Shown here: piece by piece, positions 1-12,812 of the stretch
How positions within the stretch are numbered: position 1 is the first letter of the stretch
Layout: each line of letters starts with the position of its first letter
Assembly (NCBI GenBank): GCA_903813345.2
Contig: CAIIXF020000001.1
Coordinates: 22,940,001-23,004,000, forward strand
DNA length: 64,000 bases
From: Owenia fusiformis
Lineage: Eukaryota
Direction of reading: 5' to 3'
The notes under the pieces: generated by a model
What the model saw: the letters and a program-made list of their open reading frames with translations, nothing else
Told to the model about the DNA's origin: nothing
The model's database searches: none
Translations under genes and position numbers: made by a program

Positions 1-3000
1 ATATCGGATGTGGGGTCCGAGACGAAACGCCTTGCACCAAAGTACACTTTATCATAGCTGAAAACAAATAAGAATGATCTGATAATTACCAATAAATGCC
101 AAAGGGCTGGATGGGATTGTTGCTGTAAATATTAGTAATTAGTATGAAATTGCCTGCTCCGTAATCAGAGACGAAGTTTATAGACACAGCATTTCCTGGC
201 CCCATTGGTATGAAGGTGCTCACGATTCATCGTAAATACACATATGAGACTGACATAGTTACAACCTTCAATATGCAAAATGTTAATAACATATTATATA
301 TTTTTCATATTTGATAATCAATTTTCATTTTAAACTGTCCGATAAACAGTTTACGTAAATGCTATTCAATATGTTGATGTTTTTAAAACAATGAAATACG
401 AGTATGCAATAACCAAGGCACAAACTGACACCATCTAGTAAGAAATTAAAAATGGTTACAAAAAACGAACGTGTGTCACAAAAGACGGTGGCTATACAGT
501 GTCTTAAACCGGTGTTAAAGAAATTATGGTCCCCCAGTGATTATGGTCCCCCCCCCCCCTTTAAAGGCCCTTTCTGGTCATGATTGTGTATAAAATAATG
601 AGGGAAAGAGTTGTATTTAGATCACCATTGAAATCAATGGAGAGTAGGACCATAATTTGATAGGACCTCCTACCCTTTTACACCGGGACATAAAAATACA
701 ATATCCTCGTCTTAGGCATTTATCATTTCCCAAATTATTGCTTACTTTTCAGTGAAAATAGTCTGAGGAATTTGAGCAACTAGTCGAGCAGAATCAAAGT
801 TGAGTTGAGCCAGGATCCCACCATTCTCTTCGCAGGTTTCATTTGCTGCTGCCCAGCTCGTGGCAGGCGTCTGTGGCACGTGGTAGCACCATCGGACTTG
901 CGTTGTGTCGTAAGTGAACGGAGTTTTTGCCATAGCTACAAACGATAGACACAAGGTCAAGGGCATACATAATGTTCATCTCTCCAACATTTAAAAAGAG
1001 AAACATCAAAGTATGTATCAAACTTTTCAAAATAACTAATTAATTCAAAATCATGTATAATTTGCTACATGTACACGATGAAGATAGTCCATGGTGCTGT
1101 TGATTTGGAATGATTTGGATTCATGAATGTGAGGAATCTCCGAATCATACTTTTTTGTTTATATGCATAAGAACATAGTTTAGGATGTAACGGGTTTGTT
1201 TTTTGTTTAGATGGTTGTCCTAATAAGATGTTCCTTTTTACTGCGTTTTGTGGGATCCTCCGAAAAAGATCACCGGTACAGTTGGCAAAATGTTTCACTT
1301 ACTATATTTATCATACGTGTAGTCATAGAAACCTGACGTTACCAGCGCCGCATCATCACATGAAGTTGTATGCAGGGTGCATAGCATGAGGTCAATGTTG
1401 TAGGTAATCGTCGTGCAGGACGTGTCAGCGCTGCACTGGTCGGCACACACAAATAATGTGCTGTTAAATGGGCCGGATAGAATTGTAGCGGAAGGGCATT
1501 TACCCCAACGCATAGAATACCCGTCAATCACTGAAATATTAACAACAATTAGGCAGTTAAAACATGTAATCATTGGAGTGGTCATAAAGAAAGTGGAACA
1601 ATCATCTCTGTTTTGTAACGGTGTACTAAGAATAAAATAAACCGTTAACGGACAGGACAGTTTTTCCTTTTTGGGTGCAAGCAATTTCCTTTCCTATTTG
1701 GATTAAATATTTTCTTTCATTTTGAAATGTAAAGAATGAATACAAATTGCTGTTAAACGTTAAACAGAAAGCCTGCAGCTTAGTCATTTTAAATTACGTT
1801 AGAAACAGGTGTAATTGGCTTCCAGCAGGCCTAGCTACATCTTTCATAAAAACGGTGAAGTTAGCATCAATGACGTCAATGCCTCAAATGTGTACAAAAA
1901 GGTTTTTAATTGAGCATTCTAAGCAGCTAGAGTTATTTTTATTATAGAAGGATAAAGCCGTGTGTGCATTTATAGACCAATTAGAGTATATCACATTGTT
2001 TATGGATAACAACCGGAGAAACCACCCACTTATAACAAGTGTCAGCGTTCTCTGTGGGTAAAAATATATATAAATGTTATAAAATAATCCGAAATAAAAC
2101 TAGAGAATTTATTCCAACATGTTTCTTTATTCAAAATCGTCAGGGAATGTTTAACATAGGAATCGTGAAATTAATGATAATATAAAACAAAATGTTGAGA
2201 TTTTTGTTTTTAACACTTTTAAACATGTAATAATATAAAAATAAAATAAATATATAGATAATAATAATAATAATATTATAGGAACATCTTATGATTTCGA
2301 AAAAATATCATTTGTATCCATGAGTGGATATTGATATCTTCACGAGTGAGCGCAGCAGTGAAAAAGATCTAAACCATCGAATATCACTTTTGAAACCATC
2401 GATTATCCTACACTTATTGTACTAAATGTAATTAACATCAAAAAATAAATGTGATATTTATTGGGAAAATGAATAACCGGAGGATATTGTGATGATATAC
2501 TCCGGGCGGAGGATATCGTGACGATATACTCCGGAAAACCCAATATGCGGAGGATATTGTGACAATATACTCCGCTTGTTTATTTCCCGCCAAATTGACT
2601 CTATTTGGCATGATATTCATTTTGCATTGATATTATACATTTGTACACTCCTTGTAAGTGAAGGATAATAAGAACATCCTATGATTTTTTTCAGAATATC
2701 ATTTTAATCTACTCGGTGATATTGATATATTCGCTTTGCTCTCTCGTGCAGATATCAATATCACCTCGTAGATAAAAAATGATATTCCTCAAAATCATAG
2801 GATATCCTATAAATATCACTTTTTGAGAAGTGATACTCGATGGTTTGAGAAGTGATATTCGATGCTTTCGGGATATTTTGCTAAAATATGATATCTTGAT
2901 CCACATATCAAATGTATCTTCACCTGATATCCGATCTATATCCTTTGAACCATGGGATAAACATGTTTATCCTATGCCAAGTAGAGTTTTAGGGAGATAA

Positions 3001-3504
3001 GTTGGCAAGATATATCCCGTATCCTGATTTTGAGGTTTCCATATCCTGAACCTCCATATCCCCCGCCATATCTCCCGCTCCAGGGCATATCTGCCCGCTT
3101 CGAAAAAAAATTGAAAATAAGAAAAAATGTGAAAAAATTAAAAATTGAAAAAAAGAAAAAAAAGAAAAAATAGAAAAAATTTGAAAAATGGTAAAAATAA
3201 AAAATATTTAAAAAATTGAAAGAAAATTAGAAAACTCTACTTGGTATAGGATAAAGCAGTTATGTACGGTCGGTTTGGATATTGGGTTCATCCTTCGTGA
3301 GATATGCACATCTACCTTCGGTCCCTACGGTCCCTCAGGTAGAGATGCATATCTCCCTCTGGATAAACCCCATATCCAAAACCTCCCAGTACATAACCCT
3401 TATATATATATTTAGAGACGTACCTTTCCAATACTCTGGAAGACAATTGCAGTTAGGATCTGACTCAGACACTGTTGAACCACAATCTTGTGCGATACCA
3501 AAGT
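1..3504 (-). CDS. Partial spliced gene: secreted-type protein with a Cys-rich segment, a PAN/apple-like domain and a C-type lectin domain (3' end runs off the window)
   Basis: Phase-consistent GT-AG exons on the minus strand: 3504-3424 (FGIAQDCGSTVSESDPNCNCLPEYWK), 1530-1303 (…CADQCSADTSCTTITYNIDLMLCTLH…, a PAN/apple-type C-x3-C…C…Y…C-x-L pattern), 935-746 (WCYHVPQTPATSWAAANETCEENGGILA, the CTLD N-terminal motif) and 57-1 (YDKVYFGARRF, the WIGL-equivalent). Start not fixed: either the in-frame ATG at 3538 or an unidentified upstream exon. Confidence 0.7.
509..686. mobile_element. Small MITE-like element in a lectin-gene intron
   Basis: Terminal inverted repeats CCGGTGTTAAAG…TTTTACACCGG, with internal ATTATGGTCC/GGACCATAAT repeats. 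Confidence 0.4.
2280..2830. mobile_element. Non-autonomous DNA element (palindromic, no clear TIR/TSD); inverted copy at 42930-43430
   Basis: 2400-2810 is the near reverse complement of 42930-43430 (e.g. TATCCTACACTTA…, CTCCGGAAAACC, GGATATCCTATG). Confidence 0.7.
2967..3401 (+). mobile_element. Double-hairpin interspersed repeat, copy A
   Basis: Near-identical to 7298-7697 and to the reverse complement of 11567-11951. Internal IR TATCCTATGCCAAGTAGAGTTTT…AAAACTCTACTTGGTATAGGATA, plus a 3' hairpin. Confidence 0.8.
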
Positions 3505-3707
3505 CTAAAACAAATACTAAATGAGAACATTGGTGCATCCATGTTCATATAGAGTCCATAGTATTAATTGAATCAGAAGGCATGAACAGTTTGAACGTTT
3601 TGAATGAGTAGACGCTGGACTGAACTTTAGTCCTTGATCTTTAGGAAACGAGTTTGTTGTCCGGGTGCCCACCACAAAAATCAACTACTGCATAGTGATC
3701 CTACATA

Positions 3708-4653
3708 CAGGGTGTCCAAAAAAACAGGACCGTAAGAAAGTTGAATAACTCGGTCAATTTTGCATATTTTGCCTTGAAATTTCAGAATTATTTAGTTCAT
3801 TCAATGAACTACAGCTCCTTACAAAACATGCCCCAAATGTGTAAATCTCATCTCTATGCACAATTCAATCCGGCGAACAAAGCTGTTGATGATCCTCCTA
3901 CACACATGTCTTTCTGAATGGACAAGTTTGTTCCAAGAACAATTGCTACTGGAGTTTACATCCTCCCGGTGAAATGTTACAGCATCCATTGCATTCTGAA
4001 CAATGCATTGCCTGGGTGGCAATGAGGAAACATGGAATCATCAGTCCCTTTTGGTTCGAAGGTGACTTGGGACTTGCTATCAGCATGAACAAGGACCAGT
4101 AAGTTCTCACCAAGTTTTGGAGGTCACTAAGCACCAGAAGGGACATCTAAGGAGATAATTAAGCAGTGGTTTCAACAAACCAATACCACCTCAACACTGC
4201 AAATGATATGCTGAAATGGTTTAGGCAATGCGTTGGTGGTCAGCTCATCAGTTGCAGAATGCAAACCATATGGGCAGCTCATTTGCCTGATCTTAATCCC
4301 CCAAATTTTTATCTTTGAGGATTTCTCAGAGCCAATGTGTACACTGACAGGCCCCTAACAATCTTCAGAGCTCAATAACTACCCCAATATTTACCATCCA
4401 CATTAATGTGTATAGGTCAGGGTCATTAACAACTTTGTTCGCAGAATTCGTTTGTGCATAGAGAGGAGAAGTGACCACTTTGGGCATGTTTTGTAAAGGA
4501 CTGTAGTTTTTGACACAATAAACAGATTATCATCAAACTTTCAGAACAAAATTCTCATTGAATGAACTAAATAATTCTTAAATTTCAAGGCAAAATATGC
4601 AAAATTGACCGAGTTATTCAACTTTCTTACGGTCCTGTTTTTTGGACACCCTG
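3708..4653 (+). mobile_element. Degenerate Tc1/mariner element with TA target-site duplication
   Basis: TA|CAGGGTGTCCAAAA… and …TTTTGGACACCCTG|TA, with long TIRs. Internal broken transposase motifs: WFQQ…HTA…, WAAHLPDLNPPNFYL*GFLRANVY (WPxxSPDLNPxDFxLWGxLK-like). Confidence 0.85.
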
Positions 4654-5007
4654 TATGCTCTACACTGGGGTGTGTTACATTTTTCACACAAAATGAGGAT
4701 TGGAGCAAGGATGTAAATGGGGATATGCACTATTGACTTAACTTGGGGATATCATCATATTTCTAAGCCATCATAGATATTTATTTAGGTAACGTTTTGT
4801 CACCCTGTACCTTTTATACATGTCACATTACCCCTTTTCAAGCATGAGACAACTTGTTTCATATAACTTAAAATGTATTGCGTCGTGCGGATTTTCTACA
4901 ATTGAAGACGTCTGAATCCTAAGGGAACCATCTTTTTGACATTTTCTACATTCTCTTATTCTACATTCTCTTATCAATCAAAAATACTTAATCTTTATCA
5001 AAATCAA

Positions 5008-5437
5008 TTACCCAAATGCGAGTAGGTAGTTACCAGTTTCACCACCAGGTGGCTGATTCGGGTCAATTAACATGGCAGAAGAAAGTTCCCTTAAACTTGA
5101 ATATTATCAATTTAAGTGGCTCAATTTTCATATAACCCTTATGTGTCTGATACTTATACTAATGAAAATATGTCCAGTAAAGCAAAATATTATCTGTCCA
5201 CTAAAAGAAAAGGTATTTCATTTTTTGTGATTTTATAGCATGGGGTCTATGGGGAATCTCCCCGAGCTAGAAGTCACATTTTCAAAGAAAATTAATTTTT
5301 CAAAGTTGATAAACACTTTTTAAAACCACATTTCTAGATGTAATTTTACATGTAGATTTCAAATATGATATTACTTTGACTTAATTTTGAATTTTTAATG
5401 ACGTAAATCAAGATTATTTCTACTCGCATCTGGGTTA
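5008..5437. mobile_element. ~430-bp MITE; an interrupted inverted copy spans 10949-13488
   Basis: TIRs TTACCCAAATGCGAGTAG / CTACTCGCATCTGGGTTA. The two halves match 10949-11218 and 13330-13488 in reverse complement. Confidence 0.75.
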
Positions 5438-7297
5438 TTGACATCATACTTATGAAATGCAGTTATGTGGTAAAAAGTAAAAAAATATATATACAAAAAG
5501 TTGTTTTAAATGGCAACCCTGTGTGATCCCTTCTAAGAGGCAAGGGCCCCTGTTACAATCAAAACTAAATATATATTTTCTTAATGAGGGAAGTCAGTAC
5601 TTTGAAACGGTATGCTCATTTTTGTGGAATACCGGAACGGAACGGACAACGACACTTTGAATTCATTTTTGGGAGCATGCTAGGGACTACTTGTGTATTT
5701 TGCTACGTCTATAATTAAGCAATCTTGAAACAACTGCAATTTTACTTTTCCGATATATTTGATTGTTTTGAGTCTTCCTAGTCCAAGCATGGCCTAGACG
5801 CGTTTCAACAAAAATAAATACTTTTTTTCTCGAAAGCTCAAGAGAAAATTAAACATGGAGAGTTCTGGACTTAAGTATTTGACACATTAAACTGTACACT
5901 TTTTCAAAAGCTTTAACAATCATTATGTACAATGACTTGCAGTTCAGTAAATGGTCGGTTCAAAAGTAAAATAATACGGTATCACTCACAATGCCAAGCA
6001 AAGCTATCATAAGCTGCTCTAGATGCAATAATTAATGGCACTCGTCAGGGCTCTATTGTAGGACCAATAATGTTCATTATTTAACACAATGTTTTAATTC
6101 CAGAAAGTAATATTTGAATGTCTTTATTTATTTCAAATGCAGATTTCTAAAACTATGAATTATACGACGACGCAAATGGCATTCCCTGCATTTATTTTTT
6201 GTTATTATCGATCATTCATTGAAAAGTGGTAACTTTTGGTATGGGAGTCGAGTACAACTGCAGCAATGTCGGAGGTTTATTCTGTATATAAGGTGTGGGT
6301 GAAATGATTAAATCGAATCGATTAATATGCTACAATGTCCTTATACATACAGTATACCTTTATGTGTGCCTAGATGTGTTTTGGTTGGTATATGTGACGG
6401 TGTAACTTTATAATTTGCTTTGCAAAGTGGCTTTCCAGTTAATTGATTGTCCCGATCGAAGTGTTATTGTTTCTTGCATAAAAGATTAAAGGAAGCGCTC
6501 AAATGTGCCGCTACTTGCAATCAGGAAATCAGAATGAAATATAGAACTATGTAACATGTAAAATGATTATGCCTTATAATTGTGTCTGGCCTTTGGTGAT
6601 GAAAATATCCTATTACTATTTGGTTTTCATAAACAGATCGAACGGTGGAATTCATTTTATTTGTTATATTATTTCATTGTATTGTCTAATCTGAGATTAG
6701 ATTCTTAAACAAAATACGTATGTGTAATAGGATAAAAAGTTCTTGGACAGACCTTGGGATAAAATGTCTGTCTCCGATAATTGAAAATCGCAACACCTGA
6801 AAATTCACGTGGGGGCAAAATATGTCACAAAACGTTTAAATATTGCTTATTAAACCACTACCACGTTCAGTAGATGAAGCAGTTGCCATATTACTGATTA
6901 GATGGCATGTCAAAATACATTCATTATGAAATAAGACTGATTGCTGAATATGTCTAAATTACTATTTTAGTTGTGCTTTAAGTGCATTCCATTACATAGT
7001 AACGTCTGATATTTTGAAGCTGGTGGAGAATGTCACTGCAGTTATTTCATTAAATGTGTTTATTCAACAGGGACATATTGATACTTTTTTCATCAAGCCG
7101 ATTTCAGAATTCATTTGATGCCATGAAAGTCGATGTACTTGAAGATAGTTTTTCTTCTTGTCAACAATGCAAATTAAGTGTACCGGTATGTTATGCTTAA
7201 GATTGCCGCCAAGGTTATTTTTTAAAAACATTTTTGGAACTATCTTTCCAAAGTCACCGTTTCCTAGTCTTTTTGTATCAAAAAGTGATATACTCGT

Positions 7298-7697
7298 TTA
7301 TCCTATGCCAAGTAGAGTTTTAGGGAGATAAATTGGTAAGATATATCCCGTATCCTGATTTTGAGGTTTCCATATCCAGAACCTCCATATCTCCCGCCAT
7401 ATCTCCCGCTTCGGTGCATATCTTCCCGCTTCGGGTAAGTAGTGGAAATGCAATAAAATGACTTTGCATATGAATGATATGTTTATTTTTACACCTTGTA
7501 CTATTGAAATGGCCATATGCCCCTGAAAACTCTACTTGGTATAGGATAAAGCAGTTATGTACGGTCGGTTTGGATATTGGGTTCATCCCTCGTGAGATAT
7601 GCACATCTACATTCGGTCCCTACGGTCCCTTAGGTAGATATGCATATCTCCCTCTGGATAAACCCCATATCCAAAACCTCCCAGTACATAACCCTTA
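7298..7697 (+). mobile_element. Double-hairpin interspersed repeat, copy B (different core)
   Basis: Flanks near-identical to 2967-3401; the central ~90 bp is unrelated to the A-rich core of copy A. Confidence 0.8.
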
Positions 7698-10600
7698 TAT
7701 ATCCAACAATTTGAAAGTTAATGAATATCTAAGTTGAAAAATTCCCTAAAGGGCTGGTTGTGGTTAGGCGCATTAATGCACCTCTGGGCCTTTATTTATA
7801 TATCGAGATTTGTCACTGAACCAGAATTGCATTTGCTGCAATATTAAAAATACGGCTGTTGACAGTCCGAAAAACTCCAAATTTGGAGTTTTTGCTCTCT
7901 TAGAAATGATTGCATCATCACGTTCACAAAGCGATTGTCAAACTTTGAACAAGAACAAAGCGATCATTTATTGGTGGTAAATAAAACAAAATACAATGTC
8001 AGTATTGTCGGCTTTTCCAAACTATTGCCAGATAGGTTTATCAAGAAGTAATAAAAACAGGGAATAAACAGGGAATTGAATTGATATTCAAAATAGCCTG
8101 TATCAGAACTATCCCCTGGCATTTCTCTTGATTTTTACATTCTTCGTTTTATTTTAAACCTTGTTAATAAAAGGTGAAAATGTAATATAATACATCAAAT
8201 TGTATCATTCTATGTCGCCATGGTGATGACAAATCAAACCTCAAAATGAATAAGTTTAGAAAGAAATATTGTGGAATTAAATAGGTAAATTTTTCCTCGA
8301 GAAGATATGATATTGGCCTCGGTCAATATGATATTATTCTTGGCCAATACCATATCTTCCCTCGGAATAAAAATCATATTCCATCCCTTACATTGAATAA
8401 ACTTGGGCAACTAGTGACCTTTATAAGCTATGGGATACTTTAAAGAATTCTTTCTAGAGACTAGCGTCGGTTAATCTTATTATATCTTCAAAAGAATATT
8501 AAACGTAAACATAATTATCGGGTGTGCCGTCTGGTTATCCTGGCCTATAACAGCCTAAAATAGAAGGAAGAACCTATACTCGAGCTAAAGGTATATTCCT
8601 AGATGTTATCACTTATTTCAATAATATAAGTGTTATATATTGCAGTTATTAGAGCCACCGATGTAAGGCATAAAACGGCTTGATCTATAGCTAGGCAATC
8701 AATGATAAATCATGGGACAGATTTATCTTAACGTCTGAGCAAAAGTTCCTTTCATCTTGTTTCATTAAATTTTATTCAAAGAGGAGTTTTTTGTTTTACT
8801 ATCTATTCAGTGATTTATTTCGCAATTATCAGTTTCCCATAATCGCAAGTTAGACCTAAGATTTTCATTGCATCAAAATTGTTTATCTTATCTCAAGGAT
8901 GGTTTTAATCGATTGTTATACAGCAAGAATATCTTTTGAGTTCGCCTGAGGTTTGATTCTGAGAGGTAACCGTTACATATGTGTTAAAAACTGTCAGGAA
9001 AGTGGTAGTTACGATAGAACAATATTTATATTGGTGGGACTTAAGGGCTAATAACAAACGTTTCCTTTGTATGCCCAAGCGCGATTGAAATGTATTTGAG
9101 ATAATCAAAACAATCTTAGAAGAAAAATTAAGTAATTTAAGTATACTTTGAATGTTTTTATGTGAGTAGAAAGTTCATCCCTGGAGCAAATCGCACGATT
9201 GGTCAAATCAGGTCACGTGGTTAAAGAGGTGTCCATTCTCATCGATTAACTGTTTTAGATTAATTTTCTCTTGACAATCAAAAACGAGAATTCTGACATT
9301 AGAAAATAACGATCACGAGCAGGATTATCATCTATTTTCTCTGATGATCCATTGTATTGACGTTGATTCTAATAACATGCCTCGTCCAGTATAATGCAAT
9401 TCAGTGTCAGGTTCAATAAAGCTACTATTGCTATTTATACATTTGTACATTCAGGTCTTCTTACATACATTATTTCTAATTTCCTATCATAATTTAGATT
9501 GCATCGTTAGTCCTGGTACAATGGTTTAAATAAAAAACTTTATTTAAATTGCATTGTTGGACTTTCCAAACTTATCGACAGTAGTGAACATAACAAATCG
9601 AAATTAATACTGAAAAATATTGAATAATGAATAATTCAGACGTCCAGACACTTTTCGAGACATATAGATTACGTGATGAAGAAGTGTTTATTTATAAAAG
9701 AATGGTGATATCAAAAGGTTCAATCTGTCACCAAATAAGGTTGGCTTTTATCTAATCGGATCGTTACGGTGTGTCGATCTATTAACATCCACTTTATTTG
9801 TCCAGTGTTATGTTCCTGATAAAAAATGTGGAAATTGTAAGTAATACTCTTTGTGGACTTGGTGTAATTAAACATGCGAATCAATGGGATGGCGAGATAA
9901 GTATATAATTCCATTAACCAAGACAAGTTGAATCGATCTAGTTGTAACCATTAAAATGTAGAAAAAACGTCCATTTATATACCAGTACCGAGTTACCAAC
10001 GATAAAATGAACACCAGAAAGAGCGTAAACTGCAAAGTGTATAATTTGCAATCACATTAAACATGAGCATGGTGAAAAGGAATGCTATTTCATAGTAATG
10101 CTACTTCTACATTCATGTATTTCTCATTCATGTATTTTTCTACATTTATTTTTTATTTAAAACAATACATCAGCTGACATTTTAAAATTCATGAATGATG
10201 TGAACACTTTTAACTCATCTCATAAAATTCATAAATTAATGAAGATGTTTACTAGATCATATTTAACTAATTACGGGAAATGATTCTCTACAAATCCACA
10301 GTAGATCACCCTATTAATCATATTAAAAGATGAGTCTTTCTACTCCAGCAATTAACAACAATGTTATCTCGTTCCAAACGAAGAGGATGGGTTGGAACAA
10401 GATAACAACAATGTTCTTGTACAGCAATCAATGAAGTAATAACAAAGAGTTTTGGGATTCTAAGAAAATATGAAAACAGTTGACAAAACATTTTGAAAAA
10501 TAGTTCAAAAACTTGATGAAAAGAAAATATGAAAAATAGAAAAGATAAGGGCAGTACCGCAACCACGTCTCCAACCACGTCTCCGAAGCATATGACTGCT

Positions 10601-11566
10601 ATAAGTGACTGTGGAAATTCTACCGTGGCCAAAGGCTTTCGTTATCAAACCGAAGACCGCGTACGATTGCCATAGCAAATGTGACTGATGCATAACGTTT
10701 ATACTGTCTTTGGACGAATAAAACAATTATAGACATCGGCATGGGTTCTTGTAAATACAATTTCGTGACGAAATTTGAAAAGTCAACCTCTGACCAGGTC
10801 AAGAATTTGGTTGTAAATTGTATGTTGTAAATTGGCAAATTCCGAATTGACGCTAAGCTTCACCGAATATTCCTCAGCATCATTTTTACATGAAAAATTC
10901 TGATAAAGGGAATGCGAAAAAATAGCTCGATTTCTTATGAAATTTACAAGATGCGAGTAGAAATATTCTTGATTTACGTCATTAGAATTTTAAAATTCAG
11001 TCAGTGATATCATATTTGAAATCTACATGTAAAGCTACATCTAAAAAGGTGGTTTTAAAAATTGTTTATCAACAATTTAATTTTCTTTGAAAAGGTGACT
11101 TGGAGGTCGGAGAGATTCCCCATAGACCCCATGTTATAAAATCACAAAAAGTGGAATATCTTTTCTTTAATTGAACTGATACTATTTTCTTTTACTGGAC
11201 ATATTTCAATTTGTATAACTGGGCCAATTTACAATTTATCATGATATTTTAAAAATCTGTTGTTGTACTAGAGTGCGACATGTTGATTTCATGGATAGCA
11301 ATGTGTTATTTTTTGTTGACCAGAGTTTAAGCAAGTATTGTCCACAAGGTACCTAGTTGGAATATTGCTTATATATTTTAAAAAATATCACTTTAATGAT
11401 GGATTTTTAGACAATTAAGAAATATTTTATTTTTCCGGCAAATACAAACTCGGATTTCTTAATCTAAAATGTGTCGATTGCATTGGTATTTTTGAGCATG
11501 TTAATAAAATGTATGCGCTACCTACTCTTGAAAGCTAGATGTTTGATATGTTGTAGTCACATAAAT

Positions 11567-11951
11567 AAGGGTTATGTACTGGGAGGTTTTGGATATGGGG
11601 TTTATCCAGAGGGAGATATGCATATCTACCTGAGGGACCGTAGGGACCGAAACTGACCGTACATAACGGCTTTATCCTATACCAAGTAACTTTCTTTCAA
11701 TTTCTTTTTATTGTTTCAATTTCTTCACATTTTTCTAATTCTTTTTCAATTTTTTCTAATTTTTAAAAAAAAAATTTTCAATTTTTTCACAATTTTTCTT
11801 TTTTTCTTATTTTTTTCGAAGCGGGAAGATATGCCCTGGAGCGGGAGATATGGCGGGAGATATGGAGGTTCAGGATATGGAAACCTCAAAATCATGATAC
11901 GGGATATATCTTACCAACTTATCTCCCTAAAACTCTACTTGGTATAGGATA
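11567..11951 (-). mobile_element. Double-hairpin interspersed repeat, copy C (inverted, internally deleted)
   Basis: Reverse complement of 2967-3401, with the T-rich equivalent of the A-rich core. Confidence 0.8.
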
Positions 11952-12429
11952 ATTAAGTATATTTTACTATATGTATACGATTTGTCAAATATTTGTATCC
12001 TCCAACACTTCGGCCATATAGATATACACTATTGATGCATTTATTTGGTGAAAGCTATGCCAGAAGATGCATTTTGATAACATATCTTAAATTGCAAACA
12101 ATGGAGATATATGATTGAGTAAGTATTTCTGTTGTGAATTCAAGTTGTCTAGATTAGGCTGTCCAATATTTTGTATCCTCCAATCATTAAAATATCATCT
12201 TTGGGAAAAATATTTTTAGATTATCATTTTGAGAAATGAAAGTACTTAATAGAAGCGTTTAGATCATCATTATTTATTTTTTGAATTATTTCAATTGTCT
12301 TTGTAAAACGTTATTATGCATGTGTTGGAGGATACAAAATGACTTTAAAATTATGTGAAATATAAACGTACGATCAAAAGTTAGTTGTATTCGTATTTTT
12401 ATGTTAATTATATCTAAATTAAAGCTTTA

Positions 12430-12812
12430 AGCCTAGTATACACCAATGGGCCAATTTGGGACTTCCATAGAATAACATTGCGTGGGACCTCGTGGGACTT
12501 CTCGGGAATTTGCCCTTTGAAGTCCGTGGGACTTCATGGGACTCCGTCAGATTTTGCCCCATCGAGTCCCATGAGGTCCCACATGGGACTCGGCGGAATT
12601 CGATGGGGTAAGATGGGGCAAAATCCCACGGAGTCCCATTTTGCCCCATCGAGAATGAACATGTTCATTTTTCCATGGGTCATCGTGTGATTTTCGATCA
12701 TATGACGTGTTGTGTAAAGCCCAGTATACACTAATGGGGCAAGTTGGGACCTCCATAGACTTAACATTGCGTTGGACCTCGTGGGACTTCTTGGGATTTT
12801 GCCCCCCCCCCC
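12430..12812. mobile_element. Rearranged/truncated copy of the PIF/Harbinger-like MITE at 48542-49049
   Basis: Starts AGCCTAGTATACACCAATGGG; GGGAC/GTCCC-rich core; a second copy of the same terminus restarts at ~12718. Confidence 0.7.

Noticed and set aside
10318-10860. More GC-balanced stretch with short ORFs
   Set aside because: Stops in all frames, no recognisable motif or splice-consistent exon; probably decayed transposon sequence.
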